This document shows positions 1-8,800 of a DNA stretch of 24,120 bases, piece after piece (the stretch's first letter is position 1; the number at the start of each line of letters is the position of its first letter). The notes beneath the pieces were generated by a model. It ran no database searches, was not told the origin of the DNA, and worked only from the letters and a program-made list of their open reading frames with translations. The translations under genes were made by a program, and so were the position numbers. The DNA lies in the IMG/VR virus record IMGVR_UViG_3300035198_000164, positions 1 through 24,120 of that record. One strand, given 5' to 3'. This DNA comes from a virus (Duplodnaviria; Caudoviricetes).

Positions 1-219
1 ATGCGGGCTCCTCGAGTTGGTACGGTGGGAGGAAAAACCGAGTTGAGGGTTGGTATGGAACTGCCTGATGGAGGACGAGACTTCGCTGTGAGCAGAGAAA
101 TCGCGAAGCGCTTAGGGAAGCATCTCTGGTTAGTTAGGTGTAGGGACTATCGGGGAAGCTACAGCTTTGTAATGACTACAACTGAAATACAAGGGATAAT
201 TGACAGGTTTGGAAGGTGA
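1..219 (+). CDS. Hypothetical protein (probably 5'-truncated by the window)
   Basis: ORF track; overlaps the next ORF; no recognisable motif. Confidence 0.5.
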   Translation: MRAPRVGTVGGKTELRVGMELPDGGRDFAVSREIAKRLGKHLWLVRCRDYRGSYSFVMTTTEIQGIIDRFGR

Positions 220-517
220 TGAGACAGTGTACAGGATCTACCTGAGAAAGGATAGGGTCATCATAGTCAGGATAGACAAACAGAACCTTCCATTCATAGT
301 GGAGACAGATGAAACTGGTCATTCGAGGATAGACTATGAAGATGGAAAGTATTACTTCAGAAACTTCCTAGGATCAGAGAAGATACATGATGAATTCATC
401 ACTCCTAGAAAGGCCAGAAGCATCATGAGACAAGTTCTGAAGGAAAGAGAGGAGAACAGTCCTAGCGCCTATGAAGCATACACTAAAGTGCAGAGGATGA
501 TTGTACAGAAGAGATGA
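200..517 (+). CDS. Hypothetical protein
   Basis: ORF in a tightly packed + strand array; the real start may be the GTG after AGGTGA (~227). Confidence 0.65.
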   Translation: MTGLEGDETVYRIYLRKDRVIIVRIDKQNLPFIVETDETGHSRIDYEDGKYYFRNFLGSEKIHDEFITPRKARSIMRQVLKEREENSPSAYEAYTKVQRMIVQKR

Positions 518-540
518 AAAATGGGAGGTGTTAGTAAACC

Positions 541-699
541 ATGAGTCATGGCTTCGAGATCTATTGCTCCATATGTGGTGGACTCTTAGAGGCCTGTCCA
601 GTGGAAAACATCATAGGCCCATTCACCTCGATCCCAAACCATTGTTATTTCGGAATAAGGGCAACATCGTATAGAGAGGAAGACAACGAGTATGAGTGA
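541..699 (+). CDS. Small CxxC protein (52 aa; not in ORF track)
   Basis: Hand translation MSHGFEIYCSICGGLLEACPV...NHCYFG...EYE*; preceded by GGGAGGTG RBS. Confidence 0.65.
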   Translation: MSHGFEIYCSICGGLLEACPVENIIGPFTSIPNHCYFGIRATSYREEDNEYE

Positions 700-729
700 G
701 TCCAGCATGATCAAGAGGCGTTAATAGCG

Positions 730-933
730 ATGGAACCAGAGTTTGTGTGTCCTCGGTGCTTAGAGAAGCTCACTTGGTTCTCTGAAGTCAGAATCTTAAG
801 CGTAGACCTTTCTGGAGAGCCCCTTAGCGACGAGCCTACTGTATACTACGAATGTCCTGAGTGTGGGAAAGACATTACAGACGAAGTCAACAAGTACTAT
901 GATGAACGGTTGAAAGAGCTGTATACTTCCTAG
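730..933 (+). CDS. Zinc-ribbon protein
   Basis: CPRC...CPECG pairs. Confidence 0.75.
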   Translation: MEPEFVCPRCLEKLTWFSEVRILSVDLSGEPLSDEPTVYYECPECGKDITDEVNKYYDERLKELYTS

Positions 934-938
934 CGAAG

Positions 939-1172
939 ATGGAGGGTGTTAATGGGTTGGAAGGCAAAGATATAATAGCAGAGAGAGCAAGAGCCTTAGA
1001 GCCTCTAAGACTTTGGATTCTTTCTCTGAGAGCACATGAAAAGATCACTATGGAGATTGCCAGCAATTACGGTTCAGAAGCTTGGATGTCCACATATCTT
1101 TATGCAAGAGGCGCATATGAAGCCTACTCTGCCGTACTGAAGAAGATTGAGGAAGAGCAACAGGGGTGGTGA
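939..1172 (+). CDS. Hypothetical helical protein
   Basis: Packed ORF; the start may lie slightly downstream, after GGAGGGTG. Confidence 0.6.
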   Translation: MEGVNGLEGKDIIAERARALEPLRLWILSLRAHEKITMEIASNYGSEAWMSTYLYARGAYEAYSAVLKKIEEEQQGW

Positions 1173-1371
1173 GAAGATGAATGAGCTAGAAGTTCTTAGA
1201 CAGAAGCTTCTTGACTTGATAGAGACTGAGGAGAAGATAATGCACTCAGCTAAAGAACGGTTCAACTTTGATGTTGCAAGCAATGCAGAGGTTAGAATTC
1301 AGGCTTACATTATCGTGTTGGAAATCCTAAGAGAGATAATGGAGACTAGGGGGGACTGCCTACATGACTGA
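1147..1371 (+). CDS. Hypothetical protein (likely start ATG ~1177, MNELEVLRQ)
   Basis: GGTGGTGA RBS precedes the internal ATG; helical composition. Confidence 0.6.
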   Translation: MRKSNRGGEKMNELEVLRQKLLDLIETEEKIMHSAKERFNFDVASNAEVRIQAYIIVLEILREIMETRGDCLHD

Positions 1372-1516
1372 AGAGAAGAGATGTCCTGTCTGTGACTCTA
1401 CATGGCATCTATTGTGTCCATACTGTGGATACTGCTTCATCTGCTGTAGATGCGACCTCAATACCAAGCTGGTGGAGAAGGTAGAGGAAAAAAGCAGTGA
1501 CCAAATATGTGTATGA
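1364..1516 (+). CDS. Cys-rich microprotein (50 aa, 9 Cys; not in ORF track)
   Basis: Hand translation MTEEKRCPVCDSTWHLLCPYCGYCFICCRCDL...QICV*; overlaps both neighbours and fills the gap. Confidence 0.7.
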   Translation: MTEEKRCPVCDSTWHLLCPYCGYCFICCRCDLNTKLVEKVEEKSSDQICV

Positions 1517-1761
1517 AGGAGATCAAGCTAAGGCACTCTATAGAGGATATTAGAGACCTCTTCAGAGATTGGATAGACAGGAATGATGACATCATGTTGA
1601 CGGAGATCTCCATGCCGCTGATGGAAAGAGTAGATGACGAGACATGGGCCTTCATAGAGGTCTATGCCATCTTCAACCTATTTGCTGGAATCTATTACGG
1701 AAAGACACATTCCAATAGTGTTGAGATAGTTGCAGATCCTTACTTGGAGCCCCATGACTGA
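1507..1761 (+). CDS. Hypothetical protein (likely start ATG 1513)
   Basis: ATGA overlap with the upstream microprotein. Confidence 0.6.
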   Translation: MCMKEIKLRHSIEDIRDLFRDWIDRNDDIMLTEISMPLMERVDDETWAFIEVYAIFNLFAGIYYGKTHSNSVEIVADPYLEPHD

Positions 1762-1819
1762 AGAGATGAGAGGATGAGCTTCTGGAGTTGTGGTCAGAGT
1801 TATCACGGCTGGTTAAAGA

Positions 1820-2242
1820 ATGATGCAGATTGAAAACAAAACGGAGTATTCAACGGCGGAGCTAGAGAAGCTCTTTGGGTTTGTTGAGGTGCCGCTTGAG
1901 AGGTTAAAAGTAATAGTGGATAACTGCTATTTGGGGCCGGAGCTGGCTTCTGGCGAAATAGCTATATATGAGGAGCCAACGGTTATCAGGTTGCAGATCC
2001 GCCCCGACATCGAGTTTCCCTGCTCCATCAAACGGTTTGGAAAATACCTTAAATTTAAAAAACAGTATATGAAGTTTAAGAGTTGGCAGGAGATCTTGCT
2101 CTTTATGTTCGCCCACGAAGTCGCCCACATATGGCAGAAAAAAGAGGGGGCGCTGCCGGTCAACAAACACCTATTTTGCGAAGAGTGCTCCGATAAATAT
2201 GCTTTAAGGATCTTAAGGCGATACCGTAACCGAAAGAGCTAA
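1820..2242 (+). CDS. HExxH zinc metallopeptidase-like protein (ImmA/IrrE-like)
   Basis: FAHEVAHIWQ followed by EECSDKYA, resembling the HExxH...E..A..(F/Y)A pattern. Confidence 0.65.
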   Translation: MMQIENKTEYSTAELEKLFGFVEVPLERLKVIVDNCYLGPELASGEIAIYEEPTVIRLQIRPDIEFPCSIKRFGKYLKFKKQYMKFKSWQEILLFMFAHEVAHIWQKKEGALPVNKHLFCEECSDKYALRILRRYRNRKS

Positions 2243-2257
2243 AGGGAGGCGAAGTTA

Positions 2258-2452
2258 TTGAGGAATTTTTCAGAAGAAAAAATTACGTTCAAGATAGACT
2301 ATTTGCTCATAGTTGCAGTGATGATACTGCTGGTCAACAAGTTCTTGGCTGAGGTTCCCAACTGGGTTATCTATTTAGCGTGGATAATGGTGATCTGGAG
2401 TGTGGCTTGGCTGGCACTTAGTTTAATTATCCTCTTGGCTAAGAAGGTGTGA
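2258..2452 (+). CDS. Small membrane protein, two predicted TM helices
   Basis: Two hydrophobic stretches, basic C-terminus, GGGAGG RBS. Confidence 0.7.
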   Translation: MRNFSEEKITFKIDYLLIVAVMILLVNKFLAEVPNWVIYLAWIMVIWSVAWLALSLIILLAKKV

Positions 2453-2457
2453 CCTGA

Positions 2458-2850
2458 ATGTGTGACTGCTACATAGATTTTTGCAGGACGTGCGGAGCCC
2501 CCGTTCCGATGCATCTGGGAGACTTCGAAACTACGGTGCTTGAAATAGCCGTGGTATGCCCTGAATGCATGCGGCTACATGAAAAGACAGTACAGAACAG
2601 GGGTAAGGAGTTGCTCCCCCGTTCGGGTTTCGAGTGGCTGGGGCCTAAGAGATGGACTGTCTGGAAGATTGTTGAAGACTACACATTTACACAGGGGCAT
2701 TTAAAGAGCGGGGACAAAGTAGCTGTTATCGCGTTGACAGATAACGCGTGGGCGAACAGATATATGAACCACCCCAACGTAGCACGGCCAGTAAAACTGG
2801 AGGAGACAGACCTCTATGAGCTGGAGGAGCAGGGATGCTTCAGTCCCTGA
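2458..2850 (+). CDS. Hypothetical protein with CxxC pairs
   Basis: CRTC and CPEC; AGGTG RBS. Confidence 0.75.
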   Translation: MCDCYIDFCRTCGAPVPMHLGDFETTVLEIAVVCPECMRLHEKTVQNRGKELLPRSGFEWLGPKRWTVWKIVEDYTFTQGHLKSGDKVAVIALTDNAWANRYMNHPNVARPVKLEETDLYELEEQGCFSP

Positions 2851-2895
2851 GAAAGGGAAGCAACGAACAAATTTGCCGCACGCAGGACAACATTT

Positions 2896-2920
2896 GTTAA
2901 ACATTTAAATATGTTTTAAC
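2896..2920 (+). promoter_or_regulatory. Candidate TATA box inside an imperfect inverted repeat
   Basis: GTTAAACAT-TTAAAT-ATGTTTTAAC; TTTAAATA at 2904-2911 in an intergenic gap. Confidence 0.4.
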
Positions 2921-3000
2921 CTAAAAAGCCTCTGAAGCAACTTTTGGAACTAAACAAAATAATAGTAGAGAGGAAGAGCAGTGAAAAGAGGGGGTGAATT

Positions 3001-3138
3001 ATAACGCCAGAGTATAGGTGCCCCAACTGCGGCTCTACCAACTGTGCAGTTTCTGAAAGCCTAAGCCGTGAAGACCCCTCGGGCAAAGACCGATTTTTAG
3101 TTTGCCGAGCGTGCAGGGAAATCACTCTTATAAAGTAG
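3001..3138 (+). CDS. Zinc-ribbon microprotein with non-canonical start (ATA/ATT)
   Basis: ITPEYRCPNCGSTNC...FLVCRACREITLIK*; directly after GGGGGTGA; no in-frame ATG/GTG/TTG before the first CxxC. Confidence 0.55.
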   Translation: MTPEYRCPNCGSTNCAVSESLSREDPSGKDRFLVCRACREITLIK

Positions 3139-3144
3139 CTCTTT

Positions 3145-4626
3145 TTGCTCCAACAGGTGCAGCTTTTGAGTTTAGACATAAATCTAGCCCTGAGAAAATT
3201 GCTTGACCCTGTTACCTTTTTACAACATTTCGTAAGCATAGAGACTCCACGGGGGATGGAGCCGTGGAGGCTCGACCCATACCAAAAAAAGTTTGTCCGA
3301 GACTTTGGAAGAAACCGCGTCGTAAATAAAGCAAAAAAAGTTGGAATGTCCTCGATCATCGCTGGGGAGGCGCTCCATAAGATCTTCACCAAGCCCGGCA
3401 AAAACGTTATCTTCGTGTCAACGGGCCAGCGTGTCGCTGGGGAGTTGCTTGGAAAGTTTTATGATGAATTTGACACTTTGCCCCAAGCGATAAAGCCGAA
3501 GCTTCTCAGACGTTCAGTACAGGAGTGCAAGCTTATTAATGCGTCCCGAGTTATCAGCCTGCCATCTCACAACCCCGCCAACATCCGAGGATATGGGTTA
3601 CGGGGCGCTACAACAGACGTGTACATCGACGAGCACGCGCATGTAACGGAGGATCGGGAGCTATGGATTGTCGTTGTGGACTTTCAGCGGATAGGTGGCA
3701 ACATCACATCGATCTCGACCCCGAAGGGAAAGCGGGGCAAGTATTACGAGATCGCGGAACCCCTTCAGGCGCTGTATAGAGAGGGGATGAACTGGGCAAA
3801 GCAGGACTGGTCATACCATGAAATCCACTATACAGAGTGTCCAAGGCTCCGCGATCAGGAGAAGGAGCTCAAACGCGATACAATAGAGATAGAGTTCCTA
3901 CAGGAATACTGCAACGAGTTTATTGATGAGAGCGTGAGTTTCTTTCCCTATGAGCTGATCTGGAAAGCGCAGAAAGTTTCAACGCTCATTTCAGGGGGCT
4001 ATAAAACCGATAACCCAATCTGGATGGGCATCGATTTCGGGAAAAAAGTAAGTGAAACAGTAATTATGGTTGTGGAGGAGTACGAGCCCGAACGCTACAG
4101 GGTAATTTGGATCGAAGTGTTGCCGGGTGTAAATTACCCCGATCAGGTGGACATTATAAAGCAGTTGGACGCTATTTTCCAGCCGTCGGCAATAAAGGTT
4201 GACGCAACCGGCCCAGGCGGGCAGGAAATGGTGGATTTCCTCAATAAAGAAGAGTTTTACGTCGGGAAAGTGACAGGCTATAACTTGATGGCTACTTTCA
4301 AGGAGAAAATTATAATTCGCCTCCGGGTTTTGCTTGAACGGGGCCGCCTCGACATCCCCACGAAGGAGTGCGCCTATGGCGAAAAGCTGGAGAGCCAGTT
4401 GCACTCCATCCAGCGCATAGCGACCCAGAGCGGGGAGCACACCCGCTACTCTGGTAAGGAAAGCGGGATGGACGATATGGTGTGGGCGCTTGCACTCGCC
4501 GTTTATAAAGAGCATGAAATTAGCTTTGACCCTTACTTTAAGCAAGTTAAAGACTCAGTTTTAGAGAAGTTAACTGGAGAGGAGGAAAAGGCACCGTGGG
4601 TAGTGGTAAAGGAGTGGGAAGCGTGA
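3145..4626 (+). CDS. terL: Terminase large subunit
   Basis: LDPYQ adenine-binding motif, Walker A-like NKAKKVGMS, Walker B VYIDE, ISTPKG coupling motif, RNase H-like nuclease GIDFG / VDATG / DDMVWALALA. Start codon uncertain. Confidence 0.93.
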   Translation: MLQQVQLLSLDINLALRKLLDPVTFLQHFVSIETPRGMEPWRLDPYQKKFVRDFGRNRVVNKAKKVGMSSIIAGEALHKIFTKPGKNVIFVSTGQRVAGELLGKFYDEFDTLPQAIKPKLLRRSVQECKLINASRVISLPSHNPANIRGYGLRGATTDVYIDEHAHVTEDRELWIVVVDFQRIGGNITSISTPKGKRGKYYEIAEPLQALYREGMNWAKQDWSYHEIHYTECPRLRDQEKELKRDTIEIEFLQEYCNEFIDESVSFFPYELIWKAQKVSTLISGGYKTDNPIWMGIDFGKKVSETVIMVVEEYEPERYRVIWIEVLPGVNYPDQVDIIKQLDAIFQPSAIKVDATGPGGQEMVDFLNKEEFYVGKVTGYNLMATFKEKIIIRLRVLLERGRLDIPTKECAYGEKLESQLHSIQRIATQSGEHTRYSGKESGMDDMVWALALAVYKEHEISFDPYFKQVKDSVLEKLTGEEEKAPWVVVKEWEA

Positions 4627-4784
4627 AATTAATATGCCCAAACTGCGGAAACCGCAAATATTTTCATGTCGATGCGATGACCGCCGAGATTGTCTGTCTG
4701 TGCTGCGGTCTGGTTGTAGCTGAAAACGTGGAAGTAGGAGGCTATAATGCCTACATCTATGAACAAAACGAAGACAACCTGTAG
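4623..4784 (+). CDS. Stand-alone TFIIB/TFB-type zinc ribbon protein
   Basis: CPNCG...VDAMTAEIVCLCCGLVVAEN matches the TFB N-terminal pattern CPxCG...D...gEIVCxxCGLV.xEn; GTGA overlap with the terminase stop. Confidence 0.75.
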   Translation: MKLICPNCGNRKYFHVDAMTAEIVCLCCGLVVAENVEVGGYNAYIYEQNEDNL

Positions 4785-5127
4785 CAAATGCGGAAAAGTA
4801 ATATATCGACGTTTCAAGGGAAAGGGCGTTATTGTTAACAGGTACGGCAGATTTTATCCCGTGTGCAAGACGTGCCAGAAAATTCGGAAGAGAAAGAGGG
4901 CGCAGGAATTCAGAAACCTTAAGATAACACCTTCTGAGCTGAGGATGCTGAGCAAACTCAATAGCTATCCCTCCGTCGTTCCAGATCACTTGGGGACTGA
5001 CGGGCCGACCATGAACTTAAAAGTAATCAAATATAATAATGAGCTTCGGGTGAAGGGGGCTGTTTGGCTGGAAAACTGGAGCAAGAAACACCGTCATGTT
5101 GAGGAAAAAACATGGGAAAACAAGTAG
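4747..5127 (+). CDS. Basic zinc-finger protein
   Basis: CSKC and CKTC; K/R-rich; GGAGG RBS. Confidence 0.7.
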   Translation: MPTSMNKTKTTCSKCGKVIYRRFKGKGVIVNRYGRFYPVCKTCQKIRKRKRAQEFRNLKITPSELRMLSKLNSYPSVVPDHLGTDGPTMNLKVIKYNNELRVKGAVWLENWSKKHRHVEEKTWENK

Positions 5128-5354
5128 TGCGTCGGGACGAATCCGCTCCCCAAAACGCGGTTATAAACTATTCAGAGTTCGCGCATTTAAATAAGCCTCC
5201 TGCTGAAGACATCGAATTTATTTCGGATTCGCCAGTAACCGACGACGAAGTTGTTACCGATATAAAGGAGCTGGAAGAGGAGCTGCGCAAAAAAGGAGCT
5301 TCAGCTTGGAAGGAAACAAAGATGAAGTTCAGGGAGGTTTTAATACGCCCGTAG
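5112..5354 (+). CDS. Hypothetical protein
   Basis: Packed ORF overlapping neighbours. Confidence 0.55.
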   Translation: MGKQVVRRDESAPQNAVINYSEFAHLNKPPAEDIEFISDSPVTDDEVVTDIKELEEELRKKGASAWKETKMKFREVLIRP

Positions 5355-5656
5355 GATATACGACGACTGGCTCAGACGAAGCTCCTCCAATTTGCTTGGT
5401 TGACGGCAGAACGGCAAATGCGCTCTATGGAGTGGATATCAAAAGCGGGGGGCCCTGCCCAGGCTGTGGCGGGCCCGCGGAGCAGATTCTCCAATTTAAC
5501 CCTCGGGACAGCTATTACTATTTCACCTGCCCGCTTTGCAACAGGGCATATCGCTACCTGAACCCCGACGGTTCACTCTCGGATTTGAAGCAGGTAAAAA
5601 GCAAGAAAACAACTCCCTTGGACGAGGACGTGGACTTCCCAGAGAACTGGGTTTAG
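5306..5656 (+). CDS. Zinc-ribbon protein
   Basis: CPGCG and CPLC; start uncertain. Confidence 0.65.
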   Translation: MEGNKDEVQGGFNTPVGYTTTGSDEAPPICLVDGRTANALYGVDIKSGGPCPGCGGPAEQILQFNPRDSYYYFTCPLCNRAYRYLNPDGSLSDLKQVKSKKTTPLDEDVDFPENWV

Positions 5657-5659
5657 CAA

Positions 5660-5693
5660 GGTTTCATCACAATGAAACCGAAAGCTTTATATA
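5660..5693 (+). promoter_or_regulatory. Archaeal BRE-TATA promoter for the structural operon, with an abutting upstream palindrome
   Basis: GGTTTCAT-CACA-ATGAAACC (5660-5679) followed immediately by GAAAGC-TTTATATA (5680-5693), upstream of the portal gene. Confidence 0.75.
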
Positions 5694-5865
5694 GGAGTAA
5701 AGAGAATAGATTGATCGACGGCAAAAAGGCGCTCTGGCTGAAAAGCTGGAGCGTCTCAGCCCATACCAAACCGAAAAACCCGAACGCGCCCCGTCTGCGC
5801 GGGGTGCACTTCTATTTACACCTTTATTCTGGCTGAAGATTCAGAATTCTTTAAAAGTTTGAGGC

Positions 5866-8800
5866 ATGCAAATGGCAAATAAAAAAGGAAAACGCCCTCC
5901 GTGGTACAGACCCTTTGCCCGCGCCAAGTATGACGCGGCTATGACGACCTATCAGGAATTTTTAGCTAATGTTCTGCCACCCGAGCAGGCCCAGCAGTAT
6001 GACGTGGAGCTTCCGCCCACGTGGAGACAGCAACCCCTGAGCTGGTTGCTTACAAGTCTCGGAGTCAAAAAGAAGCTTCCACCGGGAAGCGGAGCTGGGT
6101 TTGTTCAAACCCCCTATGCAGATGTCTACACTAAAGTGTACGGGGTTACGCCGATTGCAGACCTGCCTAAATACCGTACAATGTATAGGACTCAGCCAGA
6201 CATTCAAAGCGCTATAGAGCTCCAAACAAACATGGCTATAGGCAGAGGATTCAACATCGTTCATCCAGACCCCCAGATCCAGCAGTATTTAACCGAGTTG
6301 GTCGAGGATGTGAATATCCCAGAAGCTATGTCTGTTATGGCGCACGATTGTTTGGTCTATGGAAACGCATACGGGGAGATACTCTGGGAAAACAAGGAAA
6401 CTGCTGAGGAGCAGATATTTGAGTTTAACGACCAATATTATGCTCAGAGCGAATTAGAGAGATTTAAGGTGAAGGGAGCAAAGCCAGCCGAAATCAAGTT
6501 AGAAGATGGAACTACGACGAACTTCGTTGCGCAGTCCATTCGGAAAAATAAGGACGCAAAAATATTTTACGGGATAAAGCCGCTTGACCCAGTTTATATG
6601 CGTGTCCGGCGAGATTCATGGGGCAATATTTACGGCTATATTCAGTGGATCACGTTCCCGCCAGCCCTAATAGACACGGCAAGCATGATACATATCAAAT
6701 ACAGGCCCAAGTCGTGGGGCTATGAGAGCCTACTGCCGGGAACCAAAGTCTTTGCGAACCCTTCAGTAAAGCCGATAGAGGAACTGGTTGAGGGAGAAAA
6801 AGTTTTAACTGACAATGGAACCTTTGAAAAAATAGTTGCGCCAAGAAGTTTCCCATATAAAGGTCAGCGTTATAAGATCTATGGGTGGTACTCAAACGCC
6901 CCGATAGACTGCACTTGGCAACACCCCATCCTCGTGAAGGAAAAAGGCGGCAAAGAAGTGTTCAAGCTGGCCAAAGATTTAGTAAAGGCCAGACGGGGTG
7001 ATTGCCTCGTTATTCCCATACCTTCAGAAGTGAAGGACAGGGAAAAAATAGATCTCCTAGACTTTATATCTTTAGTCAACTGGAGAAGGGGGGCGCACGC
7101 CAAGAAGGGGCATCCATCGGAGATTGCCGTAGATGAAAGATTTATGCGTGTAGTCGGATATTATTTATCCGAGGGGTTCTTGAGCAAGACCAAGGTCTGC
7201 TTCGCCTTTGGGGAGGGAGACGAGGAAGCGATTACGGATTGCATGGAGACGCTGAAAAGTTATGGGGCGACCCCTTGGATTAAAGCCTACAGGCGAAACC
7301 CGAAGATCAGAGTAGTGATGGCGAGCCACTCCGCCCTACGCAATTTATTCGAAAGGGAATTCGGGAAAGGAGCCAAAAATAAGTTTCTGCCAGAGTGGGT
7401 GATGAAGCTCCCAGCAGAAAAACAGCTAGAACTCGTCAAAGGTTTTGTGGCTGGAGACGGGACATTTTATGAAAAGAAATGGTGCATGGGCACCGCCTCG
7501 GAGAAACTGGCTTATCAGCTACGTATGTTGCTGTTACGCAATAAAATAAAGGCTTCAGTCTATGGAAGGATCGTCCGAGGAGCTTTCAGAAGCAAGCCAG
7601 AGAACTATTACACGGTTACGGGTTATTTTGAAAAGGGGCAGCACGGACATATAGAAAAGAACAGGTTTTATGTGCCGATCCGGAAAATTGAAAAAGAATA
7701 CTATGAAGGAGTGGTTTGGGATATCCACGTTCCAAACAGCGAAACATTTGTTCTACAAGGGGGATATGTAGTTCACAACAGCGCCTACGGCACCTCAGTC
7801 TTGATGCCTCTAATAAAGAATAATGAGTTGCTCGAGCTTTTCGAGAACGACGCTGCGATATGGATACACAGCAGGGTTGTTCCCCCGCTTATTGTGAAGG
7901 GAGGAGGAGACCCATCGCATCCATACACAACAGCTCAAATGAATGCTTTGATGACTTCCCTGCAAGGGCGCACAGCCGCCTCCATGATATTTGTGAAGTC
8001 AGATGTCGAAATAAAGGAGCTTGAAGGTGTAGCCAAAGCGCTTAACGTCGAATGGTGGCTGAACTATCTTCAGACCCGACGTTTTCAGGCTCTGGGTGTT
8101 CCACCCGTTTTCATGGGTATACGTGAGTCTGCGAACCGCGCAAGCTCCGAAGTCGTCTTTCAGGAGTTTATAAGCCGAATACAGCTTTTGCAGGAGCTAA
8201 TAGCCTCCGCCTTTGAAAATCAGGTATTGCATCCCCTAGTAAAGGCTAAATTCGGTGAAACATGGGTTAATCCAAGGAGAGAAAAGGTTCCAATGCCTAA
8301 ACCTCGGATCGTTTGGGCTCCCATAGTCGAGGAAGACAGAAATATGCGGAGCCAGCGCCTGATACAGGCTTTGCAGAGCAGGGCAATAAGTATAAACGAG
8401 TTCAGAACCGAAGTTGGCTTTCCGCGCAGGGAGGGGGAGGAATACGATTCAATTGGAGGCCCGATGATGCAAACCCCAGTTGGCACGCCCTTTCGGCCGC
8501 CTGCTGGAACTCCAGTCGAAGCACCGAAGCCCCCGCCCGAGGGTGTGAAGAAAAAGGAGGGAGCATTAACGAGCGAGCAGGCATTCAGAGTTAAGAAAAT
8601 GATGCTTATATCGAGCCAAGACCAGTTCAAAACTGAATTAATGCAGCTTGTGCAAAAAGCAAAATTTGAATTGATACAGGGCGATAGGCTGGTCAAAGAC
8701 CTGAAAAAGGACATATTAGACAAGGCGAAGGAGATAATCGGCAGGCACGTGACCAACGCATATCTCTACGGGCGCATGGACGTTAAACAGAGGGCGTTCA

